A DNA stretch of 43,689 nucleotides from a virus. Lineage: Duplodnaviria > Heunggongvirae > Uroviricota > Caudoviricetes. Location of the stretch: positions 1 through 43,689 of the IMG/VR virus record IMGVR_UViG_3300045988_038444; one strand, given 5' to 3'. The notes beneath the pieces are model-generated. The model saw nothing but the letters and a program-made list of their open reading frames with translations, had not been told where the DNA came from and did no database searches. Position numbers and translations under genes: made by a program. Shown in pieces: positions 6,192 through 16,217 of the stretch (within the stretch, counting starts at the first letter, position 1; every line of letters begins with the position of its first letter).

Positions 6192-9164
6192 ATGGCTAAC
6201 TGTAACGATTATATCAGTGCTGATGATTTGAAAACAGGCAAACAAGCGATTTTACATATTGAACACGTTGCGAAAAGTCGTGATGCTAACGGTAATCATG
6301 CGTTGGATGTTACCGATACGATCCGTGATCAATCAGTTACCAACAAGACGCTTGATGGTTTAGAAAACCTGTACAATCAGGCTATATCTCAGGTTGGCTA
6401 TATCACAATGGATAGCTTCGAAGATGGCGCGACATTAACATTGCCTAACCAGGTGTTGCGATATAAGTCGACAGGAGAATATTACCGATGGGACGGTGAA
6501 TTTCCTAAAACCGTTTCTTCTGGTTCAACACCTGAAACTGCTGGTGGCGTTGGTCTTGGCGCGTGGGTTAGTGTTGGTGACGCTTCATTAAGAAGCCAGG
6601 TTTCTGACCCTGATGGCGCAACAAAATATCCAGATTTGCAGATCGCAAGATGGAGAGACACATTCGACCCGCGCGGGTGGAATGCAAAAGGTGATGGGGT
6701 CACCGATGACACCTCAGCGCTTAATGGCGTATTAAACGCCGCACCAGTTGGTCAGAAAATTAATGGCAATGGGAAGACATATAAGGTCACATCCCTGCCT
6801 GACATTAGTAGATTCGTCAATACTCGTTTTGTATATGAACGTATTCCTGGTCAGCCTCTTTTTTATGCTTCTGAAGATTTTATCCAGGGACAGTTATTTA
6901 AAATTACAGATACACCGTGGTACAACGCCTGGACGCAGGATAAAACGTTTGTATATGACAATGTCATCTATGCGCCTTTTATGGCTGGAGACCGCCATGG
7001 TGTAAATAACCTCCATGTTGCATGGGTTCGCTCAGGAGATGACGGGAAGACCTGGACAACGCCGGAATGGCTTACAGATTTACATGAAAACCATCCCACA
7101 GTTAACTATCACTGCATGAGTATGGGGGTTGTCAGAAATCGCCTTTTTGCTGTAATTGAGACGCGGACCGTGAGAGGAAATAAACTGCAGGTTGCAGAGT
7201 TGTGGGATCGCCCAATGAGTCGCAGCCTTCGCGTTTATGGTGGTATAACGAAAGCAGCAAATCAGCAAGTCGCTTATATTCGCATTACTGATCACGGATT
7301 ATTTGCTGGTGATTTTGTCAACTTCTCAAACTCTGGTGTTACAGGTGTTACCGGGAATATGACGGTGACTACTGTTATTGATAAAAATACTTTTACAGTT
7401 ACGACGCAAAATACCCAGGATGTGGATCAGAATAACGAGGGTGGATACTGGAGTTTTGGTACATCATTTCACTCGTCACCATGGAGAAAAACCAGTCTTG
7501 GAACTATTCCTTCTTTTGTTGACGGAAGCACTCCTGTTACTGAGATTCACAGTTTTGCGACGATTAGCGATAACAGTTTTGCTGTTGGCTACCATAATGG
7601 TGATATTGGTCCACGCGAGCTTGGGATACTCTATTTCTCTGATGCTTTCGGTTCTCCTGGTAGCTTTGTTCGCAGACGCATACCTGCAGAATATGAGGCG
7701 AATGCATCTGAGCCATGTGTAAAATATTATGATGGCATTCTGTATCTGACGACCAGGGGGACATTAAGTACTCAACCCGGTAGTTCATTGCACAGAAGCT
7801 CTGATTTAGGTATATCATGGAATTCTCTTCGCTTCCCAAATAATGTTCATCACTCAAACCTTCCTTTTGCCAAAGTTGGCGATGAGCTGATTATTTTTGG
7901 CAGTGAGCGCGCATTTGGTGAGTGGGAAGGAGGAGAACCTGATAACCGTTATGCAGGAAACTATCCAAGAACATTTATGACCAGAGTTAACGTCAATGAG
8001 TGGAGTCTGGATAATGTAGAGTGGGTTAATGTTACTGATCAGATTTATCAGGGCGGAATAGTTAACTCTGCGGTTGGTGTTGGTTCAGTTTGTATCAAAG
8101 ACAACTGGCTGTACTACATTTTCGGTGGGGAAGACTTTCTAAACCCATGGAGCATAGGGGATAACAACAAAAAATATCCTTATGTTCACGATGGTCACCC
8201 GGCTGATTTGTATTGTTTCAGGGTGAAAATTAAACAGGAAGAATTTGTTTCAAGGGATTTTGTCTACGGAGCCACTCCTAACAGAACGCTTCCTACTTTT
8301 ATGTCGACGTCAGGCGTGAGGACGGTTCCTGTACCCGTTGATTTCACAGATGATGTTGCCGTCCAGTCACTGACTGTCCATGCAGGTACATCAGGACAAG
8401 TTCGCGCGGAAGTCAAACTTGAGGGTAATTACGCCATTATTGCGAAGAAAGTACCGTCTGATAATGTTACCGCTCAGAGATTAATCGTTAGCGGCGGTGA
8501 AACAACGTCTTCAGCAGATGGTGCAATGATAACGTTGCATGGTTCCGGAAGCAGTACTCCACGTCGCGCGGTATATAACGCACTCGAACATCTTTTTGAG
8601 AACGGAGATGTTAAACCTCATCTTGATAATGTAAATGCTCTTGGTGGGCCTAGCAACCGTTTCACCACTGCATACCTCGGAAGCAACCCTATTGTTACTT
8701 CTAACGGAGAGAAGAAAACGGAGCCGGTAGTTTTTGATGATGCTTTCCTGGATGCCTGGGGTGACGTTCACTACATCATGTACAAGTGGTTAGATGCTAT
8801 TCAACTGAAAGGCAATGATGCTCGTATTCACTTCGGGGTTATTGCTCAGCAAATTCGTGATGTATTCATTGCACATGGTCTGATGGACGAAAACAGTACG
8901 GATTGTCGTTATGCCGTTCTGTGCTATGACAAGTATCCACGGATGACCGATATGGTATTTTCGCACAATGAAATCGTTGAACACACTGACGATGAGGGTA
9001 ATGTCACTACCACGGAAGAACCTGTATACACCGAGGTGGTTATTCACGAAGAGGGTGAGGAATGGGGTGTTCGGCCTGACGGAATTTTCTTTGCTGAAGC
9101 TGCTTATCAGCGAAGAAAACTGGAAAGAATCGAAGCCAGACTTTCTGCTCTTGAACAGAAGTAA
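6192..9164 (+). CDS. tailspike endosialidase (endo-N-acylneuraminidase) with C-terminal intramolecular chaperone domain
   Basis: ATG 6192 follows GGAGA. Asp-boxes SGDDGKTW (7032-7055) and SSDLGISW (7797-7820). The C-terminal ~150 aa (...ARIHFGVIAQQIRDVF...RRKLERIEARLSALEQK) resembles the peptidase S74 chaperone domain of K1F/K1E endosialidases. Confidence 0.85.
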   Translation: MANCNDYISADDLKTGKQAILHIEHVAKSRDANGNHALDVTDTIRDQSVTNKTLDGLENLYNQAISQVGYITMDSFEDGATLTLPNQVLRYKSTGEYYRWDGEFPKTVSSGSTPETAGGVGLGAWVSVGDASLRSQVSDPDGATKYPDLQIARWRDTFDPRGWNAKGDGVTDDTSALNGVLNAAPVGQKINGNGKTYKVTSLPDISRFVNTRFVYERIPGQPLFYASEDFIQGQLFKITDTPWYNAWTQDKTFVYDNVIYAPFMAGDRHGVNNLHVAWVRSGDDGKTWTTPEWLTDLHENHPTVNYHCMSMGVVRNRLFAVIETRTVRGNKLQVAELWDRPMSRSLRVYGGITKAANQQVAYIRITDHGLFAGDFVNFSNSGVTGVTGNMTVTTVIDKNTFTVTTQNTQDVDQNNEGGYWSFGTSFHSSPWRKTSLGTIPSFVDGSTPVTEIHSFATISDNSFAVGYHNGDIGPRELGILYFSDAFGSPGSFVRRRIPAEYEANASEPCVKYYDGILYLTTRGTLSTQPGSSLHRSSDLGISWNSLRFPNNVHHSNLPFAKVGDELIIFGSERAFGEWEGGEPDNRYAGNYPRTFMTRVNVNEWSLDNVEWVNVTDQIYQGGIVNSAVGVGSVCIKDNWLYYIFGGEDFLNPWSIGDNNKKYPYVHDGHPADLYCFRVKIKQEEFVSRDFVYGATPNRTLPTFMSTSGVRTVPVPVDFTDDVAVQSLTVHAGTSGQVRAEVKLEGNYAIIAKKVPSDNVTAQRLIVSGGETTSSADGAMITLHGSGSSTPRRAVYNALEHLFENGDVKPHLDNVNALGGPSNRFTTAYLGSNPIVTSNGEKKTEPVVFDDAFLDAWGDVHYIMYKWLDAIQLKGNDARIHFGVIAQQIRDVFIAHGLMDENSTDCRYAVLCYDKYPRMTDMVFSHNEIVEHTDDEGNVTTTEEPVYTEVVIHEEGEEWGVRPDGIFFAEAAYQRRKLERIEARLSALEQK

Positions 9165-9171
9165 TAAACAA

Positions 9172-9197
9172 AACCCCGCTTCGGCGGGGTTGTTTTA
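9172..9197. terminator. bidirectional intrinsic terminator between the tailspike (+) and the ssb-like gene (-)
   Basis: AACCCCGC-TTCG-GCGGGGTT followed by GTTTTAT, with an A-rich tract upstream for the opposite strand. Confidence 0.7.
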
Positions 9198-9200
9198 TCA

Positions 9201-9611
9201 TCAGAACGGAATGTCGTCTGAAAAGTCCATCGGAGGCTCATTGCCTCCTTGTGGGCTTTGTTGTTTTTGTGGCTGCTGTTGCTGATTTGTTACCCATCCG
9301 CCTTGAGGTTGTTGGCCTGATTGCTGGCGCGGTTGCTGACCAGAATCATCACGTTTACCACCAAGCATCTGCATAACGCCACCCATCTGTGGAATGACAA
9401 TCTCCGTAGTGTATCGGTCTACGCCGTTGCTGTCAGACCACTTACGAGTGTGCAGCTGTCCTTCGATATAAACCTGTGAACCTTTGCGAAGGTATTCTCC
9501 TGCAACTTCCGCAAGTTTCCCGAAGATGACTATGCGATGCCATTCAGTCTGTTCCTTCTTTTCTCCTGTTTGCTTGTCTTTCCACTGCTCAGATGTTGCA
9601 ACAAAAAACAA
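9201..9611 (-). pseudogene. ssb: ssb homolog lacking the N-terminal ~35 residues of the OB fold; C-terminal tip is intact
   Basis: Aligns from memory with E. coli SSB from ...LATSESWRDK... onward ([40 protein letters not shown], Gln/Pro/Gly linker, [11 protein letters not shown]). An in-frame TAA lies 3 codons upstream of the nominal TTG start, and no RBS is visible. Confidence 0.65.
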
Positions 9612-9632
9612 GCCAACGGCTTAGATAACTTG

Positions 9633-12164
9633 TTATAAATCATCCTGATAATAACGTGCATCGTAATTGATGCACGTTAAACCTACCTGATAGTTATTAT
9701 CCCTTCCTGACGGTTCCATACTCTGAACAAGCATTGCTAATTTGCTACGCTCATCATCAGCACGGATTACATATGCTGTACGGTCACGCAACCATCCTGT
9801 ATAAATTTCTTCAGATGGCTGGTAAGCCATTATCACGGAAAATTTATCATCCCCGGCAGTTACAGGAATGTTTTCAAGTGTTCCCAGTCGGTGTGTTAAC
9901 GTTATGCTGTATGTATTACCCGTGGCGAACGTAACAGGATCGCTAAGAATAAGTGTTAAACCATCAACATCGACTACAATGCCTTCATGCTGTTTCATAC
10001 GAGTGTTATCAATCATATCCACACGCATGCCTGGAGTAGCCTGTAACCCGATACTAAGCGCTGTACATTCGTGAGTAATACGTTGGTAACGCAACTTATT
10101 CATCTCACGATTAGCGCGAATATTTGCAAGATATCGCGATTGACATGCGACAAGATCTATCTTATTGAGATTTGTTTCTTCACCTTTAGTTACATACAAA
10201 TACGATTTTTCATCATGATCGAAGTATTTAACCTGAACACCCGTATATTCTTTAGGTGGTGCGAAAGAACGTGTGCGTTTATCACTGTCAGGGATCTTAA
10301 ACGCGTGACCAAACTGCATTGCTGACTGGTCCTGCGGTAATTCAGGCCAGAAATACAATACACTACCGATCTGATACGGTTTAACATTCACCGTGTTACA
10401 GATAGTGTCCAATCCTTCTTCGTACGTCGTACTGTTGTTATCAAATGTATAACCAACTTCAATTGCTCGTTGGTCACCAAAATATTCAAGAATTTGTGCC
10501 TGAACAGCATATAAAGCATCACGATCAATGGTGTCTAATGTGCGACGACCAAATAAAGGATCTGTATGCATTGACATTACAACATCTGCAAAATTACTAC
10601 TTGCAACACCATCGTATACGCGCGTTGCAATCATGTTTAATTTACGTTCTTTTTGTTTCAGTGCAGCGTTTGTTGCTTTTGTCACTGTATGAATCAATGT
10701 CACATCACCATAGGAACGCGGAGAAACGTTCGTTATAGCGTATAAATCACGCCACTTGATATTATCAACAACAGATCCTTCAAAATCTTTATCTGTGTTT
10801 GATAGTCGTCTTACAGACACGTTGACAGGGCCGTCAAACGGGTTATCCACAATTAACGAATTACCTACGGCTTCTGTATAACGACCGCGGACAGACATAG
10901 AGTGTGTCACATTCGCTTTCACACCGTTCGGGTCCGACAAAACTACCTGGAAGTCACAGGTAAACGGATAAATGTCACCATCAGTTTTATACACTCCATT
11001 CTGTGCATAAAGATTAATCATCAACTTATCCGCACTGTCAATCAGATAAGGTCCGACAATATACGGCGTGGTACTGTCAAGAGACGGTGAAAACTTGTAT
11101 AAAATACTTCCGCTTCCTTCAATGGTTTCAAGTTCCCAGTAACCATCGTTTCGCAAATAAGCCTGTGTATATGCAGCCTGACCACTTTCAGACAGAGCAT
11201 CCCAACCTTCACGACCAGTAGTATCAATGATTAACGTATTCTCATCTGCATAAATAACGTCATATTCACCGGATAGATCATTACGTACATACGTGTTTAA
11301 CGGTAAAGTATTAGGTGTAAAACTGTAAAATTGTGATAAACGAATTTTACTACCGATTGGTGCACGTTCTGACCAGTCGATTGTAGTGTTATCGTCGCTG
11401 GAAATCGTAGTATCAATTTCACCTGTGCTGTAAATTTTAAAATTTGCTTTACTAATATCAGCATAGTTTGGTGGCTTAACTTCAGATCCGTCTGCTTCGT
11501 TCGATGACTTAGCAACCATGATCGGAAAAGTGTTAATATCAATCGCACCACCGATATTCATATATGGAGAACCATACCCTGGTGCATTACCTTTTTTATA
11601 AAAGTCTAATTTTTCACCGCTGATATTTACCGCAGGTGTAATACCATCACGAACGTCTTCGACTTCGTATTCACCAGCACCCAGACACAGAAACTGAACT
11701 TCGTATTCTGTTCGGTCAATGAAGATTCGGTAATCCATTAACAAATCAGGGTATACCAGTACACGACCACGAATATCAGAGATACGCTCACCCGGTCGCG
11801 AAGCATTAGTACGCCCCTGAAGCGCGTTGTTAGACGACGCTGAACGTGAGTTCTTAAGATTAGCCGATGCACTGGTATTCGGCATGAACAATTTTAAAAT
11901 GGGGTTTAAAATTGTGCTAATAACTTTCGTTATTGCACTAACCACTCCACCTTTTGGTAGTTCATAAATATGATAAACAGCGTCAGAATCAGTCAATACG
12001 CTGGGGTCAGTAACCCACTTTTGGGTAATATTTTCATCGTTTTTATAAATCAGTAACCCACGCGGGCGAACAGTACCCACGGGCCAGCGTTTCAGCATCC
12101 ATTCACCAAAGTCAACGTTATCAGCGTGTTCAACAGGATTAGTATGATAGATGACTTTAGACAC
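9633..12164 (-). CDS. tail tip / host-specificity protein (gpJ-like)
   Basis: 843 aa. Last and largest gene after the K-like protein in a lambda-like M-L-K-J order. Confidence 0.65.
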   Translation of the reverse strand: MSKVIYHTNPVEHADNVDFGEWMLKRWPVGTVRPRGLLIYKNDENITQKWVTDPSVLTDSDAVYHIYELPKGGVVSAITKVISTILNPILKLFMPNTSASANLKNSRSASSNNALQGRTNASRPGERISDIRGRVLVYPDLLMDYRIFIDRTEYEVQFLCLGAGEYEVEDVRDGITPAVNISGEKLDFYKKGNAPGYGSPYMNIGGAIDINTFPIMVAKSSNEADGSEVKPPNYADISKANFKIYSTGEIDTTISSDDNTTIDWSERAPIGSKIRLSQFYSFTPNTLPLNTYVRNDLSGEYDVIYADENTLIIDTTGREGWDALSESGQAAYTQAYLRNDGYWELETIEGSGSILYKFSPSLDSTTPYIVGPYLIDSADKLMINLYAQNGVYKTDGDIYPFTCDFQVVLSDPNGVKANVTHSMSVRGRYTEAVGNSLIVDNPFDGPVNVSVRRLSNTDKDFEGSVVDNIKWRDLYAITNVSPRSYGDVTLIHTVTKATNAALKQKERKLNMIATRVYDGVASSNFADVVMSMHTDPLFGRRTLDTIDRDALYAVQAQILEYFGDQRAIEVGYTFDNNSTTYEEGLDTICNTVNVKPYQIGSVLYFWPELPQDQSAMQFGHAFKIPDSDKRTRSFAPPKEYTGVQVKYFDHDEKSYLYVTKGEETNLNKIDLVACQSRYLANIRANREMNKLRYQRITHECTALSIGLQATPGMRVDMIDNTRMKQHEGIVVDVDGLTLILSDPVTFATGNTYSITLTHRLGTLENIPVTAGDDKFSVIMAYQPSEEIYTGWLRDRTAYVIRADDERSKLAMLVQSMEPSGRDNNYQVGLTCINYDARYYQDDL

Positions 12165-12516
12165 TTTTCATTCTCCAGAACGTGATTTCTTTATGTGCTG
12201 TCTTGATTATACTTAAAGGTGATCTGATTGTCTGTCCTGGTGAATCACCAGGTGGCTGATAACAATGATGAACCATTCCGCAATCCCACACGCCGACATG
12301 AAAACCGCCTGAATATCTGTTCTTCATCAGTACAAGCGCGCCTTGTTCCGGTGTGGTAATTGGTGAAAAACGTTTTCGCATCCATCTGACAAACGCAATA
12401 TCCCATTCATCACCTGAAACAGTTTTTAATATATGTGGGTAGTTGTGGACCTGATACCACTGACTAACCTCGTGTGTACAATTCCATTTGTCAATATCGT
12501 AGCGGTCACCGATCAT
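12157..12516 (-). CDS. tail assembly protein K-like, NlpC/P60 peptidase fold
   Basis: Cys-His-His pattern (WNCTHEV...GGFHVGVW...VHH). Its position matches gpK. Confidence 0.65.
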   Translation of the reverse strand: MIGDRYDIDKWNCTHEVSQWYQVHNYPHILKTVSGDEWDIAFVRWMRKRFSPITTPEQGALVLMKNRYSGGFHVGVWDCGMVHHCYQPPGDSPGQTIRSPLSIIKTAHKEITFWRMKSV

Positions 12517-13031
12517 GTTGCATACGCCAGCAATGTAGGAAAACGTTCAAACGTATATAATTCACCTGTCCCGGCAAAGTTCGTAATAGGTGGTGATGCT
12601 GTGAACGTACAACCCTGTGGTTCGGTAGTAATGTCACCAGATTCCAGAAGATATGGCCCATCCTGAATATCAGACATGGAACCATCTTCACGATAAACAA
12701 ACGTTCGTAACTCAACAGATGGTTTTTCATTACTGTCAAGCGGAATTAAGTCCAGATATACACCGACAACTTCATTCAGATCCTGAATGGTGAATGAATA
12801 ATCCTGTGATAAATCGTTTTGTTTATTCGCCTTCTTGACGGACATCGGAACGTATTCGTACTCATATTCCTTACCGTCTTCATGTACAGCGATAAATCCC
12901 GGATAAACACTGGTGATGTATAGCGGATTAGGCCATGAACTATGATTCAGTTTCACACCGTCAACAACACCTTTACCAGTTGTTGCAACGGTTAATAATT
13001 CACGCAGTTCGTCTTTCATTCTGGTGTCCAC
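12513..13031 (-). CDS. minor tail protein (gpL-like)
   Basis: Position between the M-like and K-like genes, with overlapping start and stop codons. Confidence 0.5.
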   Translation of the reverse strand: MDTRMKDELRELLTVATTGKGVVDGVKLNHSSWPNPLYITSVYPGFIAVHEDGKEYEYEYVPMSVKKANKQNDLSQDYSFTIQDLNEVVGVYLDLIPLDSNEKPSVELRTFVYREDGSMSDIQDGPYLLESGDITTEPQGCTFTASPPITNFAGTGELYTFERFPTLLAYAT

Positions 13032-13519
13032 GCGTTATTTAAGAGTAAGCCAGTATCAATAATTTCTTTAAGGTAACAAGCAGCATAATCACCCTGGCAT
13101 TTAGTGATTAACAATCGTGATGCCATTGCACAACGGTCGATTACCGGAACAGCTTGTAACTGTAAATCGACAGATCCTTTCCATCCTACAACAGAGGATG
13201 AAGGGTTACTGACAATCTGAACAACGTGTTCCTGAATCAAACCGTTCACAAACAGTTGCATCACAAACCGCTTACTACCTTCAGCGATTTCCAGATTATA
13301 AAAATCGTCCCACCACTGAAGCATCGCCGGACTATATAACTGAATTGTACACGATACCTGAGCAGGTCCACCAAAGGCGCTACGACCTAACCGTGATAAC
13401 GTCCCGGAAACATCAGATTTAGTTACACCCCACGGTGGGCTATAACTGTAATTATCACGCTCAGGTAACACCATTTTCGCGCCGTACTCAAGCCGTGGTA
13501 AATCATCTGTATTGCTCAT
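13016..13519 (-). CDS. minor tail protein (gpM-like / distal tail)
   Basis: Lies immediately downstream of the tape measure gene. Called on synteny only. Confidence 0.45.
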   Translation of the reverse strand: MSNTDDLPRLEYGAKMVLPERDNYSYSPPWGVTKSDVSGTLSRLGRSAFGGPAQVSCTIQLYSPAMLQWWDDFYNLEIAEGSKRFVMQLFVNGLIQEHVVQIVSNPSSSVVGWKGSVDLQLQAVPVIDRCAMASRLLITKCQGDYAACYLKEIIDTGLLLNNAWTPE

Positions 13520-16101
13520 TATATTTTCCTGTTCGCATCATAGTTAGACCTGAACGCTTTATTCGTCTGACTGTACGGGTCATTCCATTGTGCCGCTGAT
13601 TGTCGTGGGAATTCTTCACCTATGATAAGCACTACGTCATCCCGTGTTAATCCTTGTTTCACCTGAACACGTTCGCCACCGTAGTTATGAACCTGAATAT
13701 TAGGTGATGAACCACCTTCAGATCCGGGGGTGTATGTCCCACGATTCATTGCTTCCAGAGTGCTACGATAACGACTCGTAGCCTGTTTGGTACTGACAAA
13801 TTCACCATTACTCAAACGTGCGTTTATACTGTCACTCTGACCTGTACCCGGACCTTTAACATAACCACCCGTTGCAAAACCTGTTGCGGCCACAGACTGA
13901 ATGTTACCTAACACGCTTGTCCCGTATGATAAAGCCTGTGCAATGAACGGAATATTCGCCGGGAACGGCAACGCCATAGCCTGACTAACGGCTGTCCACA
14001 GGTTAATACTCGCCTGTGCGATACTAAAGGCTTTAGACAGTGCAAACATCGCTTTATATGCGTTTGATTGCTCACCTTTAGATTGTGCCAGACCAGCAGC
14101 CATTTGACCCAAAAAATCAGCACTGGATTGTAGCAACAAGCTGTAGTTAGCATTTGCAAGATTCATACGGGCTTGTTCCCCGGCCTGTTGAATCTGCGTT
14201 TTCATGTCCTGGTATTGTTGCTCGTTAATTAAATCTTGTTCACGGGCTTGTTGTATGACAGTAAGGCGTTGTGCTTCCTGTTGATTAACCTGATCAACCT
14301 GTGATTGATACGGGTTTAACTCACCCTGTACATCGGTTTGTACCTGTGAAACCTGACCAGCTAACTGTTGCGCCTGCTGTTGACGTTGCAATGCAGCCAC
14401 ATGTGCATCAACAGCGGCACGTTCAGCATCAGTCGCGTCTTTATTCAGTCGTGACTGTGCTTCTGCCTGTTGTGATGCCAGCGTTAACTGTTGACGTACC
14501 TGATATTCTTTCTGATATGTTGCTGTAAGTTGTTCAACAGACGACCCCTGTGTTAAGGCAATCTGAACCTGTTCACGGGCTAACTGAACATCATAATTAC
14601 CAGCATTGATTTTATCCTGAAGCGTTTTCAGGTATTTCTGGTTAGCAGCCTGATTACGTTCCAGTTCTTTCTGTGCACGTTTAGCCGCAGATGCTTCAGC
14701 ACTCGCTGATTTCTTCTGGTTTTTTTGATTTTCTTTATATTCTGCCTGTTGTTTCAACAACGCAGCATAGTCTGCAATCTGTTCCTTAGTTGCTTTATTA
14801 CCCAGTTTCTGACTTGCTGCCAGTTCATAGTTACCGTCAGCAAGCGCCTGGGTGTAGGTGATCTGTTCTTTCAGGTTTTTAATCTGTTTTTGTGCTTTCG
14901 CGTCTGATGCATTTGTCCCTTTTATAGAAATAGGTTTTGTAGCATCACGGTTTTTTTTAGCTTGTTCGTATCCAGCCGCAGATGCTTTAACAAATCTATC
15001 AACCTGGTCATTGTACGCTTTTGCATTATTTACATCATCGTTTGACCAGACCAGATCAGCAAGGGATGCCCCAGTAGCACCTGGTTGTAACTTAGATATT
15101 ACGCCAGCTATTGACCACAATTTATCAGCAGTTGTTGAATCATCGCCTAATTTATTGATGAAACCTGTAAGTGTATCAATAGCGTTTACAGCAAGATTTG
15201 ATGCTCCAGTCACGTCATTCATGCTTGCAACAAGCGTGGCTAACGATACAGATAACGAATTCGTAGCTTGATCTAAAGACCGTGGCAATTTGCTAAATTC
15301 TTCATCAACATTTTGCGTTTGACGAATAATAGCATTCAATGCTTGTTCCGCTGTGAGTTCACCATCCAGCATTTGCTGACGTAACTCACCCATTGAAACA
15401 CCTAAACCAGCAGCCATCTGTCTTGCCAGTTCTGGCATCTGTTCAACAATGCTGTTAAATTCTTCCGCACGAACTACACCAGATGAAATTGACTGACCAA
15501 ACTGACGTAATGCGTTAGACATTTCTTCAGCAGATGAACTACCAACACGACCTATTTTTTGAAGTGTTTCAGTTAATCGTAATATCTGATCGTTTGTTGC
15601 GCCGCTATCCTTTAATGACGATGATAAGGTTTCCCATAAACGTTCAGTATCAGCAAGACCACCACCTGTTTTAGAGGCAATATCCGCGAGTGTTTGAAAT
15701 GTTTGTTCGGCTGATGATGTACTCCCGGTCAATCTTGCAATACGAGCTTCGAGTTGATTAGCTGCATCACCCGCAACAATAAACGCTTTTCCTAACTCAA
15801 TAGCAGAAGACACCGCACCTATTGCCATAAAACCACGAACGGCGTTTGTTGCAAGATTTACGCCAGATGCCATCGACTTTAAAGATGATGTAGCGTTACC
15901 AGTATTTGACGCCATTACTTGTGCAGATTTTGCAGCTTGCTGTTCACTTTTTGATAAAGTGTTTGCCGCTTGTGCAGCAGATTTTGCAGAATTAGCTGTT
16001 TGGTCTAACTGGTTATTAAGGCTGTTAAGATTTCTGTCAGCGTTACCAGTGTCTATTTTTATATCAATCGGATACTGTGCCATTGTGGTTAACCTTTTCA
16101 C
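13519..16101 (-). CDS. tail tape measure protein
   Basis: 860 aa, Ala/Gln-rich with long predicted helices. Lies between the G/GT chaperones and the minor tail proteins. Confidence 0.85.
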   Translation of the reverse strand: MKRLTTMAQYPIDIKIDTGNADRNLNSLNNQLDQTANSAKSAAQAANTLSKSEQQAAKSAQVMASNTGNATSSLKSMASGVNLATNAVRGFMAIGAVSSAIELGKAFIVAGDAANQLEARIARLTGSTSSAEQTFQTLADIASKTGGGLADTERLWETLSSSLKDSGATNDQILRLTETLQKIGRVGSSSAEEMSNALRQFGQSISSGVVRAEEFNSIVEQMPELARQMAAGLGVSMGELRQQMLDGELTAEQALNAIIRQTQNVDEEFSKLPRSLDQATNSLSVSLATLVASMNDVTGASNLAVNAIDTLTGFINKLGDDSTTADKLWSIAGVISKLQPGATGASLADLVWSNDDVNNAKAYNDQVDRFVKASAAGYEQAKKNRDATKPISIKGTNASDAKAQKQIKNLKEQITYTQALADGNYELAASQKLGNKATKEQIADYAALLKQQAEYKENQKNQKKSASAEASAAKRAQKELERNQAANQKYLKTLQDKINAGNYDVQLAREQVQIALTQGSSVEQLTATYQKEYQVRQQLTLASQQAEAQSRLNKDATDAERAAVDAHVAALQRQQQAQQLAGQVSQVQTDVQGELNPYQSQVDQVNQQEAQRLTVIQQAREQDLINEQQYQDMKTQIQQAGEQARMNLANANYSLLLQSSADFLGQMAAGLAQSKGEQSNAYKAMFALSKAFSIAQASINLWTAVSQAMALPFPANIPFIAQALSYGTSVLGNIQSVAATGFATGGYVKGPGTGQSDSINARLSNGEFVSTKQATSRYRSTLEAMNRGTYTPGSEGGSSPNIQVHNYGGERVQVKQGLTRDDVVLIIGEEFPRQSAAQWNDPYSQTNKAFRSNYDANRKI

Positions 16102-16114
16102 GAAGCATATACAC

Positions 16115-16142
16115 AGTTTAACACGGGTCTAAAAAGCGACAA
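16115..16142 (-). promoter_or_regulatory. candidate minus-strand promoter for the tape-measure operon (TTGTCG, 16 nt, TAAACT)
   Basis: Read on the minus strand it sits back-to-back with plus-strand cassette P1. It shares CCCGTGKTAAACT with the terL upstream region. Confidence 0.35.
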
Positions 16143-16145
16143 ACG

Positions 16146-16187
16146 TTTAAAATAATTCTTGACGGATTACACAATGATGTGTAACCT
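16146..16187 (+). promoter_or_regulatory. conserved sigma70 promoter cassette P1
   Basis: TTTAAAATAATTC + TTGACG (16159-16164), 17 nt, TAACCT (16182-16187). Confidence 0.7.
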
Positions 16188-16217
16188 ACAATCAACAAAA
16201 CAACGGAGAGTTACAAA

